From an uncultured virus (IMG/VR IMGVR_UViG_3300031669_003759) (Duplodnaviria > Heunggongvirae > Uroviricota > Caudoviricetes), in the IMG/VR virus record IMGVR_UViG_3300031669_003759, positions 52,447-72,446 of that record: a stretch of 20,000 bases of DNA; one strand, given 5' to 3'. Below, piece by piece: positions 19,901-20,000 of the stretch (positions are counted from its first letter, which is position 1; each line of letters opens with the position of its first letter). The notes under the pieces were generated by a model that had not been told where the DNA came from, searched no databases, and worked only from the letters and a program-made list of their open reading frames with translations. Position numbers and translations under genes: made by a program.

Positions 19901-20000
19901 AACAAAAATCAACAGCGCCTAGATTCCGTGGGCCAGTGTTGTTTGGAGCTACATTCAAAATAAATACTCCTGGGGGTAAGGCATATATTACGATAAATGA
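16930..20000 (+). CDS. nrdJ: Class II (adenosylcobalamin-dependent) ribonucleotide reductase precursor with intein; 3' end outside the window
   Basis: Hand translation from ATG 16930 (ATGA overlap): FMPGTPTLINAG, LSSCF, GGGVG, SSGPVSF, QGGVRRAA, HPDIIEFI, GEPG, NP|CGEQPLLPFESCNLG, RRIGLG, QPTGT, SISKTVN, KSITIYRSGSR, then TSCPD-like LFGATFKINTPGGKAYITIN. No ATP cone and no class I YY pair. Confidence 0.92.
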   Translation, partial: MTILNELAQQILAAKYYTDEETTPEQLFSRVAKIAAIPDVIDRLLDHSYGLYSDTCLVFAPYEEIYNRVVTRRHLKIAVDHDELLDPDKNEINKIWNTETKKYYDIMCNLEFMPGTPTLINAGRANGMLSSCFFLRVPDSMEGIMETNKQLAMISKAGGGVGLDISMLRPKGAPVTTSTRGTSSGPVSFLQVFNETGNQVQQGGVRRAALIAIMHIDHPDIIEFIRCKETEGTLSNFNMSVLITDKFMRAVKNEPESLWTCRWENVEYIIDKETNLPEKCTNRKDIQTEAYYQVKDIWNLIVEKSWSNGEPGIIFWDELNRGDIFNGKFGKLGVNPCVPADTWIMTYEGPKQVGDLLADQFSAQVDGSEFSASKFFKTGNKPLVRVTTQEGFEVCTTPNHLFKKIIGIRHVRDPNNYNGTRLTDYLEDWVPAGELNPGDVVRLHNHKYSNKWNGPGTWNEGYLLGMLIGDGYLTTDNLGKIEIWDDDGSKEIIAKILEFVAPLNKRSDFKGFHYAEKTRKHTLKLAALYELARSYDVVQSNKHITPKIEKTSYDFHIGFLSGFFDAAGSVQGTQEKGISIRLAQSYFQDLQAVQRMLLRLGIHSKVYKRREAGTHELPDSNGRPKEYHIKDQFELMISGDGLHKYARDIGFCRTKKREDLLEKLENYKRKFNKMKFMATVATVEFLPAENVYDTTVTKVHAFDGNGFYLHNCGEQPLLPFESCNLGAINLGKCWYYSEKDNQNKIDYDKIEHLTALGVQFLDNIIDINNFPLPEIEKWTLKTRRIGLGTMGLHDLMLRTEIKYGSEESLTLIDNVYSKIAQQARQVSTKLGEIRGIPDDLKDIGQRNSGLLTVQPTGTVSIICNQTSSGVEPVFQWEFTRKDSYGTHKICHFMKKDFPDGMPTYAVTALEVLPEEHVHIQAQIQKYIDSSISKTVNLPNIATREQIDTIFSLAYETKCKSITIYRSGSRQTEVLIKEPEIPDESDEETTKQQKSTAPRFRGPVLFGATFKINTPGGKAYITIN
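17938..19062 (+). mobile_element. Class 1 intein (375 aa) with LAGLIDADG domain at the RNR NP|CGE site
   Basis: Starts CVPADTWIMT, block B TTPNH, endonuclease blocks LGMLIGDG and LSGFFDAAG, ends VYDTTV..VHAFDGNGFYLHN with +1 Cys. Confidence 0.95.

Noticed and set aside
16934..20000. Apparent 3-kb non-coding gap in the ORF track
   Set aside because: It is the open nrdJ frame, uncalled because its stop lies beyond the window.

Overview
AT-rich, densely packed window with every credible gene on the + strand and many overlapping stop/start junctions. It looks like the DNA replication, recombination and nucleotide-metabolism module of a large dsDNA phage or prophage-like element using the standard genetic code. 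Gene order: two paralogous GT2 glycosyltransferases, a UvsW-like SF2 helicase, an unknown gene, a DnaC-like loader, a DnaB-like helicase, a stand-alone CHC2 primase zinc finger, a mosaic protein (sigma-like domain, E41 tract, Lys-rich tract, winged helix), a UDG-PolA fusion, RecA with a class 3 (Ala1, WCT) intein in Walker A, two unknowns (one UvsY-like), an SSB-like protein with alternating poly-Glu/Lys blocks, SbcD, SbcC, and a class II ribonucleotide reductase with an intein (absent from the ORF track because it runs off the window). The best novelty candidates are the sigma-like/polyampholyte/winged-helix gene with a strong internal start, the block-charged SSB tail built from the same (GAGGAA)n repeat, and two inteins that each lack one LAGLIDADG catalytic Asp. 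All calls come from reading motifs by eye; no searches were run.
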